A stretch of 64,000 nucleotides of DNA from a virus (IMGVR_UViG_3300037780_000034:160001-224000); one strand, 5' to 3'. Positions 37,208-46,862 are shown, numbered from the stretch's first letter. Made by a program: numbers and translations. Notes: generated by a model from the sequence alone, not told the origin.

Positions 37208-38063
37208 GCATAGGAATAAACTCATGATGTTGATAATTATTCAGTGTAAATTTATTAACATCAGAAAAATTAAATTTATTACATAATCCATCCTGTAATC
37301 TGAAAGAACTGTCAATTTTTAAGGTTGGTAGAGGATAAACTTCACGATCTACAACTTTTGATAAGATATCAATATGGTTATTATATATGTGCATGTCTCC
37401 TATACTATGAATAAAGTCTCCAACTTCAAGTCCGCATTCGCGTGCAATAATATGAGTTAATAGTGCATAACTTGCTTGATTGAAATTTAACCCAAGTCCA
37501 ACATCACATGATCTTTGAAACATAAAACAATTCAATTTATTTTCATATACCCTAAAATGTGACAATACATGACAAGGAGGAAGTGACATTTTTTCTAATG
37601 AAGGCACATTCCATGCTGAAATAATTAACCTTCGTGAAGTTGGATTGTTTTTTATTTCAGTAATTAGGTTCTTTATTTGATCAACACCACCAAAATTTCT
37701 CCATTGAAACCCATAGATTGGACCTAATTCTTTATACATATGATTATTGACATACCCCAATTCAATGCCTTGGTTGTCTGCGTTATCTGTCCATATTGTT
37801 CGCTTATTAACTAATTCTTCACGACTTTTTCCGTATGTCAATTCGGCAAGGCGTCTTTCATCTGTAGAACCTTCAAGAAACCACAAAAGTTCTCCTACAA
37901 CTGATTTCCATGCAAGTTTCTTCGTAGTCACAGCAGGAAACCCTTCTTGTAAATCAAAACGCATCTGATATCCAAAAACAGAACGTGCACCTACACCAGT
38001 TCTATCTTCTACATCAATTCCATTTTTTATTACATGTTTAATTGCATCTTGATATTGCCTCAT
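37194..38063 (-). CDS. thyA: Thymidylate synthase
   Basis: DRTGVG, ELLWFL, LGPIYGFQWR, RRLIISAW, LPPCH, QRSCD, GDMHIY. Confidence 0.96.
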   Translation of the reverse strand: MRQYQDAIKHVIKNGIDVEDRTGVGARSVFGYQMRFDLQEGFPAVTTKKLAWKSVVGELLWFLEGSTDERRLAELTYGKSREELVNKRTIWTDNADNQGIELGYVNNHMYKELGPIYGFQWRNFGGVDQIKNLITEIKNNPTSRRLIISAWNVPSLEKMSLPPCHVLSHFRVYENKLNCFMFQRSCDVGLGLNFNQASYALLTHIIARECGLEVGDFIHSIGDMHIYNNHIDILSKVVDREVYPLPTLKIDSSFRLQDGLCNKFNFSDVNKFTLNNYQHHEFIPMPMAV

Positions 38064-38118
38064 TATTTTCTCCTATATTTAAATTCCATAATATATTGTA
38101 AACATTTTAAATATTCTT

Positions 38119-38730
38119 TCATAATAATCCGCTCAACTCTCTCATTCTTCTTGTATTAAAATTACTAATTACTTCTCCAAGAACCTCTTTGTTAGACATT
38201 AACACAAACTGATACCTTGTGTAGTTAGAATCATCATAGTTTATATATTTTTCAAGCTCTTCTACTGAATTTATTTGTTTTAAAGATTGTCCTGGCATTG
38301 TGTTATCATATACTGCAACCATTACACCAGAATCAATAAGTCTTTTCCAAACTTTTATACTACTATTACTTAAAAAAATATCGCTCATTACCCTTATATT
38401 TGAGTTATCATCTAATACTTTTTTATATAAATCAGTTGCATATGGTGGTTTATTTTTATATTGTGGGTTTTTTGCAACTGCATTAACTATCAAAGTTTGA
38501 GGTTTTATAGATAATTCTATTCCTACAACAATTTCATCATTTTTTTCATACCAATAATAAAGAGTTTGTTTTCCGGCAATCTTTTTATACCCACCTCCCA
38601 AATCTTGAGGTTTAGTAATTTTTGACCTTTCTTTGATATTATATTCTATCATATCATAAAGTTCAATATTTCCTATATTTTCTGGCATTTCTGATAGCCA
38701 GCTTTCAACAAAGTCTGTCCTACTATTCAT
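38119..38730 (-). CDS. Hypothetical protein, possible GNAT-like fold
   Basis: VNAVAKNPQYKNKPPYATDLY...MSDIFLS...VWKRL pattern; C-terminal RMRELSGL. Confidence 0.5.
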   Translation of the reverse strand: MNSRTDFVESWLSEMPENIGNIELYDMIEYNIKERSKITKPQDLGGGYKKIAGKQTLYYWYEKNDEIVVGIELSIKPQTLIVNAVAKNPQYKNKPPYATDLYKKVLDDNSNIRVMSDIFLSNSSIKVWKRLIDSGVMVAVYDNTMPGQSLKQINSVEELEKYINYDDSNYTRYQFVLMSNKEVLGEVISNFNTRRMRELSGLL

Positions 38731-39230
38731 ACTCGTTTAACCCACTTCTGTATATAAAGGTCATCTTTCGTGAATGTTTGTTCATCTAATAAAAAATTTC
38801 TCATTAATTTCCATTTTGGTAAAAATACATCACAATCATAATTTCCTTCTATTCTTGACAAATATATTTCATCAATTATTGGTATACAGCTTTCAAAAAG
38901 TTGTGCACCACCTATAATCCAAACATCGTCAATGCCGCCATACCTTGCTTCAATCACATCTTTAACGATCCTACAAACATCTTTCCCACTGTAATAACCG
39001 TGCGGTCTTGGGTTGTAGTGTTCCATACTAGTAGATGTAATTACAAGATTGATTCTATTAGGCAATGGCTTGCGTGGTAAACTTTCCCAAGTTTTACGCC
39101 CCATTACTACAGCCTGACCATCTGTTTTTTGTTTAAACCATTTAAGGTCTGCAGGATTATGGGGCCAAGGAAGTGTATTATTTTTTCCAATTCCCCAGTT
39201 ATCATCACAAGCAAATATAGCTTTAATCAT
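38727..39230 (-). CDS. folA: Dihydrofolate reductase
   Basis: IKAIFACDDNWGIGKNNTLPW..DLKWF...VVMGRKTWESL...LPNR...IIGGAQ; ATG 39230 preferred. Confidence 0.95.
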   Translation of the reverse strand: MIKAIFACDDNWGIGKNNTLPWPHNPADLKWFKQKTDGQAVVMGRKTWESLPRKPLPNRINLVITSTSMEHYNPRPHGYYSGKDVCRIVKDVIEARYGGIDDVWIIGGAQLFESCIPIIDEIYLSRIEGNYDCDVFLPKWKLMRNFLLDEQTFTKDDLYIQKWVKRV

Positions 39231-39516
39231 TGTCTTTGTTGCCATTTTCTCCAAGTAATCTGTTTTTTTCTTTTTCAACAGTTTCTTCAATTAATTTCAT
39301 ATCAAGTTCAATTTTTATGTCATAAACTTCGTGAGGGAATGACCTTATGGCATCTTCTATACTCGGAAAGGCTTTTAATTCTTCGTTATTCAATGAAAAA
39401 ACTTTATCTTCTGTTGACACAATAGTAAGTCTTTTAATAAAGATAATGGGAATTTCAGTAAATTCCACATCATCCATTATTTTTGAAAATGTTCTTTCTT
39501 TTTTAGTTATTGCCAT
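39223..39516 (-). CDS. Hypothetical protein
   Basis: 97-aa ORF overlapping the dfr start. Confidence 0.6.
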   Translation of the reverse strand: MAITKKERTFSKIMDDVEFTEIPIIFIKRLTIVSTEDKVFSLNNEELKAFPSIEDAIRSFPHEVYDIKIELDMKLIEETVEKEKNRLLGENGNKDND

Positions 39517-40161
39517 TTAACTATTTTCCGCAGATATGTTTTTAGAAGTTTCTTTACTTTTAGAACTAACACTTTTCCTTTTTGTTGGCATAAGATGAGG
39601 GGCTAACTTATATGCATCTGATTGTAATTTTTCAGCTTGCTCTAATAAAGTTTTGGCCTGTGAAAGAAAACTTTCTGCAAGTTTTTCGTCGGTCAATGGT
39701 TCATCAACAGCTTTTGTTGGTTCTATTGGCTTAACTGATTTTGCAGAATCTGAATTATCTTTTAATATACGTTCAATGTCATTATCAGAATATCCTGCTT
39801 TTTGCAATTCTAAAATTCTATTCAAAGTGCTTAAACTTATTTTAGAATTTGAATTTGGTAACAATGTGATATTAGATGTATCATACTTGCGCAATCTGCC
39901 TTGAGAATGAAGCCATTGTAATGCAATATCACCATTGCTTAAACGTGTTCTCGCAAGAACATTAAAGAACTCGCCTTCACGTTGTGCTGGTTCACTTTCT
40001 ACTATCGACATCAAATCTTGATGTGCAAAATCTGGCAATGTGTCTGTTTCAACAACTAAGCACTTATCTGGCTCTATTATATTACCTTTTTCGTCGTATA
40101 CTTCACGAAATACTACTAAGCAACGTCTACCTGTATTTTCTACTCTACCTACATGATTCAT
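39517..40161 (-). CDS. Conserved jumbo-phage hypothetical protein
   Basis: 214-aa ORF abutting both neighbours. Confidence 0.65.
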   Translation of the reverse strand: MNHVGRVENTGRRCLVVFREVYDEKGNIIEPDKCLVVETDTLPDFAHQDLMSIVESEPAQREGEFFNVLARTRLSNGDIALQWLHSQGRLRKYDTSNITLLPNSNSKISLSTLNRILELQKAGYSDNDIERILKDNSDSAKSVKPIEPTKAVDEPLTDEKLAESFLSQAKTLLEQAEKLQSDAYKLAPHLMPTKRKSVSSKSKETSKNISAENS

Positions 40162-40379
40162 TAGTTATTTTCACTTTCTTTTTTAGCTGATTGTTGTTCT
40201 ATTGTATAATTTACAAAGTCAACAACTTTTTTATAAAGTTTAGATATATCTTCTGCCTCAGATGCGGAATATGCGCCACGTTTGAATGCAACGTCAATTA
40301 CATTTGATATATCTGCCAAATCTTTAACAGACAATGATGGTTGGATCGCAGGCTGTGTAGTTTGTTGTGTTTCTGTCAT
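40161..40379 (-). CDS. Small conserved phage protein
   Basis: AGGAG SD; LSVKDL...IDVAFKRGAY motif. Confidence 0.65.
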   Translation of the reverse strand: MTETQQTTQPAIQPSLSVKDLADISNVIDVAFKRGAYSASEAEDISKLYKKVVDFVNYTIEQQSAKKESENN

Positions 40380-40432
40380 AATTTCTCCTTAAATGTATAG
40401 TTATTTATGAAATGGCATAACTGCCATTTCAA

Positions 40433-41623
40433 TCATTCATAATAAACCGTTGTTCCAAACGGTGCCTTAATTGTTTTTGTGCTATGTGCAACAAATAAAG
40501 TATCACAATAGTTTGGGTCTCCCCATTTATTGAACGGCATCATATCTGTAAACATAATGAACTGTTTTGGTTCAATATTTTGACTTTTCATAAAATCCCA
40601 GTTTGCCATAAAATCAGTTCCACCGCCGCCGCGAATTTGATATTCACGAATGTCGCGCCCATCATCGTGCGTAAACTTTTCATATCCATAAACACGGGTA
40701 TCAAACTGCCAAATACGAATTGTATATTGATCAAATTGTTCCATAATACCATTAACTTCTCCAAGAAAATCTTCAAGAGTTTTCTGAGAAATAGAACCAC
40801 TCGTATCAATACCAATAGCAACTTCAATTTCTTCACCGGGGGTCATACCAGGAAGAACTGCAGACATATGCCAACCTTTACGATTAGGACGCATCCAAGA
40901 AAAATCATTTTTGATTGAACTTTCAATGCTTGATCTAATATGCTGTCTCCAGTCCATTTTGGATTCTGTTAGGTTTTTAATCAAACGCTTGATTTCAGTG
41001 GGAACACTGTCAGATGCAGCAGCAGCTTGTAACACAGCTTGACGAATATCATCAGAAATAGACTTTATATCTTCTTTTGAAATGCTTGGCATTTTTCCTT
41101 TACCATCGCCATCGCCATCGCCGTTGCCTTTTCCATCGTCATTATCAGAACCTTCTCCTGAAATATCAAGATGAACGTCAAGAGTATCTTTATATGCTGC
41201 TTTGTTTTTATTTAATTCTTCATAAACTTCCTCAGTAGTCATACCTGAATATTTATTATCAAGAAGAATAGGAACAGTTGTTATAACTGAACCAATATGT
41301 TCACGTTGTAGCATAAGATTAATAACATAATCGCCTGCCATATTCCACAGCTTTTTATCACGTGCATCTACTCGCAAAAAATGCTCAAAAATGCAATGAC
41401 CAAGTTCGTGACCAACAAGAAATACTAGTTCATCTTGACTTAACTTATTTACAAAATCAGCATTGTAATAAAAGTTACGATAATCTGTTGCAGCGGTATT
41501 ACACCATCCTTCATCTGTTACATCAATAAGACGCATACGAAGCGCCATTTGTCCAAAAAAAGGATGCTTAAAAAGCAAGCGCATACGTGCTTTTACTAAT
41601 TTGGTTTCAGCAGTGTCTGACAT
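40433..41623 (-). CDS. DUF2201-like putative metallopeptidase fused to a vWA domain
   Basis: TAATD, HELGH (HExxH), WNMAGDYVIN; vWA MIDAS IDTSGS, GGGTDF, FTD. Confidence 0.88.
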   Translation of the reverse strand: MSDTAETKLVKARMRLLFKHPFFGQMALRMRLIDVTDEGWCNTAATDYRNFYYNADFVNKLSQDELVFLVGHELGHCIFEHFLRVDARDKKLWNMAGDYVINLMLQREHIGSVITTVPILLDNKYSGMTTEEVYEELNKNKAAYKDTLDVHLDISGEGSDNDDGKGNGDGDGDGKGKMPSISKEDIKSISDDIRQAVLQAAAASDSVPTEIKRLIKNLTESKMDWRQHIRSSIESSIKNDFSWMRPNRKGWHMSAVLPGMTPGEEIEVAIGIDTSGSISQKTLEDFLGEVNGIMEQFDQYTIRIWQFDTRVYGYEKFTHDDGRDIREYQIRGGGGTDFMANWDFMKSQNIEPKQFIMFTDMMPFNKWGDPNYCDTLFVAHSTKTIKAPFGTTVYYE

Positions 41624-41655
41624 TGTATCTCTCCGATGATTCGCTATTATAATTT

Positions 41656-41684
41656 ATATTATCATATGCGTGATGATATGTCAA
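41656..41684 (-). promoter_or_regulatory. Sigma70 promoter whose -35 contains the stop codon of the upstream endonuclease
   Basis: TTGACA (41684-79)-N17-TAATAT. Confidence 0.75.
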
Positions 41685-43891
41685 GGTGTTTTCCATACCC
41701 ATTCACATTTTCCACAATCCCATATACGGGGAATTCCCAGTAATTCTAATGCTTCTCTTTCAGAGATTCCATCATTATCTAACATTTCTTTTAATTCTGG
41801 AAATTTAGTTTTAATATTTTTTTTAGTAAAATTACTTTTATGTGTTCTTTTTGCATTGAACAAATATCGGTAATCTGGCTTTAATATACCTATAAAATTA
41901 AAACCATTTGTTTTATATACATTTCCTGTAAAACAAGTGTTATCACTAAAACTTACTACTTCGCTAAATTGTAAATCACCTTGTGCATAACTAAATATCT
42001 TTGAAAATAAACCGGGATGATTATAATTATCCATAACAAATCTTTTTAATTCAAATCTACCATTACGTGTTGTGCCAAATGTCATAACACTTATAAGATT
42101 GTTATCTTTGTCAAATGCACCATAATGCGTTCCAGCAACATATCGTTGTAAGTGATATTTATCTAAAAAGTGTCTTGCCGTTCTTCCATTTATACGTTTT
42201 ATTTTAGCTTTTCTTGCTGGAATGCCTCTTTGTTTTTTATTGAAAAATGTCAATAACATATTTTTAATTTTGTCACATTGTAAATTCCAGTCATCTTCAA
42301 ATACACTCACAAGATGTATATTTTTATCATTGCATATCTTCCACTTATTGTAATGATAATATTTGTCATTTATAAATGCATCACTATGATAATACACACC
42401 ATTCATTTCTATAGCAATGTTGTATTCTGGAATATAAAAGTCAAGTTCTTTTCCATCAAGAATAGTTCTATTGTTTAATTCATATGTGATATTATTTTCA
42501 TTAAGAAATTGTGCCATTTGGGTTTCAAGATAAGATGGTCCTCGTTTTTTATATAATTCACCAGCATCATATTTTGATATAGTTTTGTAAATCGTAGAAA
42601 TATGAACTCCCAATTCATTAGAAATTTCATAAGCAGTCTTATCTTTTATAAAATCGCAAAATTTATCTTTGTAATTTATAGTATCAATTGCTTTTTCTGT
42701 GTAATATTTTTGATTAGAGAATGGAGTTCCATATCTCTCAATATTTGTTTCACGAATTCTATTTTGTATTTCTGGCGAATTAAATGGGGTTTCTACTCCA
42801 TATCTCTCAATATTTGTTTCACGAATTCTGTTTTGTATTTCTGGTGAATTAAATGGATTTTCTACTCCATATCTCTCAATATTTGTTTGTTTTATTTTTT
42901 CTTGTATTTCTGGCGAATTAAATAGATTTTCTACTCCATATTTCTCAACATTAGTTTCACGAATTCTGTTTTGTATTTCTGGTGAATTAAATGGATTTTC
43001 TACTCCATATCTCTCAATATTAGTTTCACGAATTCTGTTTTGTATTTCTGGTGAATTAAATGGATTTTCTACTCCGTATTTTTGTATATTAGTTTCACGA
43101 ATTTTTTCTTGTATTTCTGGTGAATTAAATGGATTTTCTACTCCATATCTCTCAATATTAGTTTCACGAATTTTTTCTTGTATTTCTGGTGATTGTGAAG
43201 GAACCTTATGCCCATATCTTTGAATATTAGTTTCATAAATTTTTGTTTTTATATTGTCATCTTGAAACCCATAATCAACTCCGTATTTTTGAATATTGGT
43301 TTCACGAATTTTATCACGGATTGACTCTAGTTTCATCACATTGTCAACACCATATCTTTCAATGGCAGTTTGCTTTGCTTTCTCACGGACAGTATGACTT
43401 TTGAACACGTTGTCCACACCATAGCGTTCTATGATAGTTTGTTTTGCTTTCTCACGAATGCTTTCATTTTTAAAAGCATTATCTACACCATAACGATCAA
43501 TGTTAGTTTGCTTTATCTTTTCACGGATTTCAGGTGATTGGGTGGCAACTTCTACACCATATTTTTGTAGATGTATTTGTTTTGTTTTTTGTATTTTATT
43601 TTTATGAGAATTTGAACATTTACTTCCACAATACTCTTGTGTGTTATATCGTGATACACTTATTGGATGAATTTCACACCCACAATTAATGCACGTATTC
43701 AATTGGTAAACATCATTTATTATGAAATAACATCTAACATTAATATGACTTTTTTCAGTATTATTATAAAATTTGGTATGCTCGCATATTTTTGTTTTTA
43801 TATTATCTGGAATAATTCTTGTTTTAACTTTACCATTAACACTATCATAATAATTGTTTATAATTAGCTGTTTTAATTCTTCACGAGTCAT
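41681..43891 (-). mobile_element. Hef-like endonuclease: Zn finger, 13 x 23-aa repeats, Vsr/DUF559-like nuclease, C-terminal GNAT-like domain
   Basis: CINC...YCGSKC; RYGVENPF repeats; ELDFYIPE..IAIEMNGVYYH; ARHFL..YHLQ...ELKRF...WDCGK; start 43891 after a TAGGA SD. Confidence 0.8.
42725..43585 (-). repeat. Coding tandem repeat, 69-bp unit (about 13 copies, 7 nearly identical)
   Basis: GTATTTCTGG recurs at 42766, 42835, 42904, 42973, 43042, 43111 and 43180 (period 69); 13 K/R-YG units in the protein. Confidence 0.92.
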
Positions 43892-43910
43892 ATATATTCC
43901 TACAAACAAA

Positions 43911-43934
43911 ACAGAGGGGCAATTGCCCCTCTGT
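43911..43934 (-). terminator. Terminator / perfect 24-bp palindrome
   Basis: ACAGAGGGGCAATTGCCCCTCTGT followed on the - strand by TTTGTTTG. Confidence 0.75.
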
Positions 43935-43955
43935 AACAATTCAATACATATTTAT

Positions 43956-45056
43956 TTATGCAGCAGCCATAACCAAATCACCATATTTCGTAAAGAAATG
44001 TTGGCCATTTGGAATTTTCCGTAGAGGAAGTTTCATTTTGTATTGTGTTGCAAGAACGCGAACACTCATAACACTCATTTCAGGTTCAAAGTGTTTCATA
44101 CAAAAGCCCAACATATTGTTAAGCATATCATTGAAATCTTCCTGTGTTACGGTCTTTCCTATGTTATCATAAACTGTTTTTAGTTCATAAGAAAGAGAAG
44201 TAGCCAACGAATACATTGCAGAAATTTCCTTGGTTTTCAGGTTGTCAATCTTTCCCTGAAGAATAAGAGAAGGATCAGGGAGCAAACTTGATACCTCACG
44301 GTGTGCATTGAATTTCAATGCAATCCCTTCACCAACCGCACCAGACACCATATCTGTAATCTCACTTGATGTAAACATATCAGAATCATCAAGAATTTCA
44401 CTTACAAATGACCAAGAACGAGGAGTTGCAAAGCTACGATCCGGAGAACTTGGATCAAAACTATGAAGATCACGCTTAGAAAATGTCAAATATCCAACAA
44501 CGTCAGGATGAATATTGTTTGCAAAAGCCCACTGTTGCCAATCATTGAAATCGACACGAATTTCATAATGAACAAAACGGTTTGCCAATGGTTTAGGCAT
44601 ACGATAAGCAACGCCCTTGTCACTTTCACGGTTGCCAGCAGCAACAACTACAACATTGTCTGGAAGTTTATATGTGCCAACCCGACGATTAAGAATAAGT
44701 TGATATGCAGCAGCTTGGACAGAAGGAGCGGCGCCATTAAGTTCGTCGAGAAATAGGATAACAGTATTAAACTGTGAGGCAAATTCTTCACTTGGTAGTT
44801 CACTTGGTTTTGCCCATTCCATATTATTTGTTGTAGAATTATAATACGGGATTCCTTTAATGTCGGTGGGTTCCCACAGAGGAAGGCGAACATCAATCAG
44901 ATGTGAATTTGGCAGTTCGTTTGCAATACTTGCAACAAGATCACTTTTACCAATTCCGGGGCCTGCCCAAAGCATTGCAGGACGCTTCTTTTTAAAGTGA
45001 TGCTTGATATACTTTTTTGCTTCACTTAGTTTTACTGTGCGTGTTTGTTCAGTCAT
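43956..45056 (-). CDS. MoxR/AAA_5-like ATPase (partner of the vWA protein)
   Basis: AGPGIGKS, DIKGIP, LFLDELN, AAGNR, LANRF, TPRSW; TGGAG SD before ATG 45056. Confidence 0.88.
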   Translation of the reverse strand: MTEQTRTVKLSEAKKYIKHHFKKKRPAMLWAGPGIGKSDLVASIANELPNSHLIDVRLPLWEPTDIKGIPYYNSTTNNMEWAKPSELPSEEFASQFNTVILFLDELNGAAPSVQAAAYQLILNRRVGTYKLPDNVVVVAAGNRESDKGVAYRMPKPLANRFVHYEIRVDFNDWQQWAFANNIHPDVVGYLTFSKRDLHSFDPSSPDRSFATPRSWSFVSEILDDSDMFTSSEITDMVSGAVGEGIALKFNAHREVSSLLPDPSLILQGKIDNLKTKEISAMYSLATSLSYELKTVYDNIGKTVTQEDFNDMLNNMLGFCMKHFEPEMSVMSVRVLATQYKMKLPLRKIPNGQHFFTKYGDLVMAAA

Positions 45057-45098
45057 TATTAACTCCATAGTTGAATTGTGTTGTTTGCGTGTTCCAGT

Positions 45099-45127
45099 AA
45101 CATAGTAGAATCACAACGCTATGTCAA
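45099..45127 (-). promoter_or_regulatory. Sigma70 promoter overlapping the last codons of the upstream endonuclease
   Basis: TTGACA (45127-22)-N17-TATGTT. Confidence 0.75.
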
Positions 45128-46680
45128 CTGGTTTTTCCATACCCATTCGATTTTTCCAGAATCCCAGTATCTGAGTATGTTTAAATAGTTTGTTAAATCA
45201 AACTCGGTTGCACCAGAATTTAACATTTCTTGTATTATTGTATTTTCACTATAGTTTATTTTTATACGTTGTTTTGTTAAAGCACTACGATGTCTCCATT
45301 TGTTATCAATTAAATAATAGTAGCTTGGTCCAAAAGTTTGTCCTTGTTGAAATCCTGCTTTATAATAAACATTACCAGTAAACCAGTCATTCATAGAAAA
45401 TGAAACTATTTGCTGAAAGTCTAATAAAGACTGTGCATATTTAAAAGTTTTAGTAAATAATCCTGGATATTTTGCATTTTTGTTTGTAGCCCATCTTTTT
45501 AATTCAAATCTTCTATCTGCTTTTGAACCACGTGTCCATCCGAACGTCATAACACTAACTAAATTGTTATTGTTGTCAAATCCTCCAAAATGACTAGTTC
45601 CTGCACAAAATCCTTGTAGATGATTTTTTTCTAAAAAGTGTCTGGCGGGTTTAGCGTCTATTTGTTTTATATAACATTTTCTTGCACCGATTACGGGAGT
45701 ATTGTCAATTTTTAAAGATTGATATATTATTGATTTAAACAATTCTGCGTTTAGTTTCCAATCAGACTCACGTATTTGTATCAATTGTATTCCCAAATCA
45801 TTACACATTTTCCATTTTTCATAATGATAGTTTTTATTTTTAAAAATATCACTATGCCAGTAATCTCCATTACATTCTATAGCAATGTTTTTCTCAGGAA
45901 TAAAAAAATCTAATTCAAAAGGTGATATTACTTTTCGTGAGTGTACAATATATTTTATATCTTCTTCGTAAAGAAATTTTTTCAAGTCTGCTTCAAACGA
46001 AGAACGACTTGATATAATAGATTCGCATTCATATTTTTTTATTCTTGATACAACGGTAGTGTTGTCTACATTTAACAAATTAGACATTTCTCCTATTGAC
46101 TTATCTGTTGCAAATTTAATAAAGTTTAATTTGTTGTCAAGTATACTAAGTGTTTCTTGTGGGATATGAGTTTTTTTAAAACTTGAAACACCATATTTTT
46201 TTATATTTGTATGTAACAAATTTTCTTGAAATTCTTTTGTTGCAAAATAATTTTCTTCTCCATACTTTTCTATTAAGGTATTTTTGATTTTTCTCTTATT
46301 TCTTTATTACCAAATGGAGAAATACTTCCATATTTTTTTATGTTTGTATTTTGTATTTTTTGTTTTCTTTGTTTGTTTTGGTCTGTAGACTGATATTCAA
46401 GAATTTTGGTTTTTTGGTTTTCCATAGAACATTTGCATTTAGAAGAATGTGCACAAAATCTCCATCCTTCTTTTAATGATTTTAAACGTCTAATATTTCC
46501 AAATTCACATATATTAGAATCTTCATATAGAACAGACCTTAAATGTTCTATAAAATAGTCGGATTGTATTTTACTATTTTTAAGTATCCATTCTTTTTCG
46601 TCCAGATATTTCTTTGATTGAAGTATCTGGACGAAATGTTTTGGATATTTATTTATTATCTCAATGATATTTGATTTCAT
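45119..46680 (-). pseudogene. Second Hef-like endonuclease, split by a 1-nt frameshift at 46288-46292
   Basis: ORFs 46273-46680 and 45119-46219 join in frame if one A is added to the A5 run (IREK-IKNTLIEKYGEENYF...); ELDFFIPE..IECNGDYWH and ARHFLEKNHLQ...WDSGK domains. Confidence 0.75.
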
Positions 46681-46862
46681 AAAATTTCGTGTAGGGATTG
46701 GTATATATCGACAAGTTCTTTTATGTCGCTGCTAGTATATTTTTTTCCTGTAAACCTTTCATACCATTCGTTTGCATCTTTGACTAAATTTGGGTCTATA
46801 TCGGTTTTTAATATAAAGTCTATGTTGATATCATCTCGTCTTAGCATCATTTGTTTCTCCAA
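46677..46862 (-). CDS. Hypothetical protein
   Basis: 61-aa ORF overlapping both neighbours. Confidence 0.5.
   Translation of the reverse strand: MEKQMMLRRDDINIDFILKTDIDPNLVKDANEWYERFTGKKYTSSDIKELVDIYQSLHEIL

Noticed and set aside
42725-43585. 69-bp tandem repeats as a CRISPR array
   Set aside because: The units are contiguous without unique spacers, the period is a multiple of 3, and they encode in-frame protein repeats.
43892-43939. N-terminal extension of the Hef-like ORF
   Set aside because: It overlaps the palindromic terminator; ATG 43891 has the SD.
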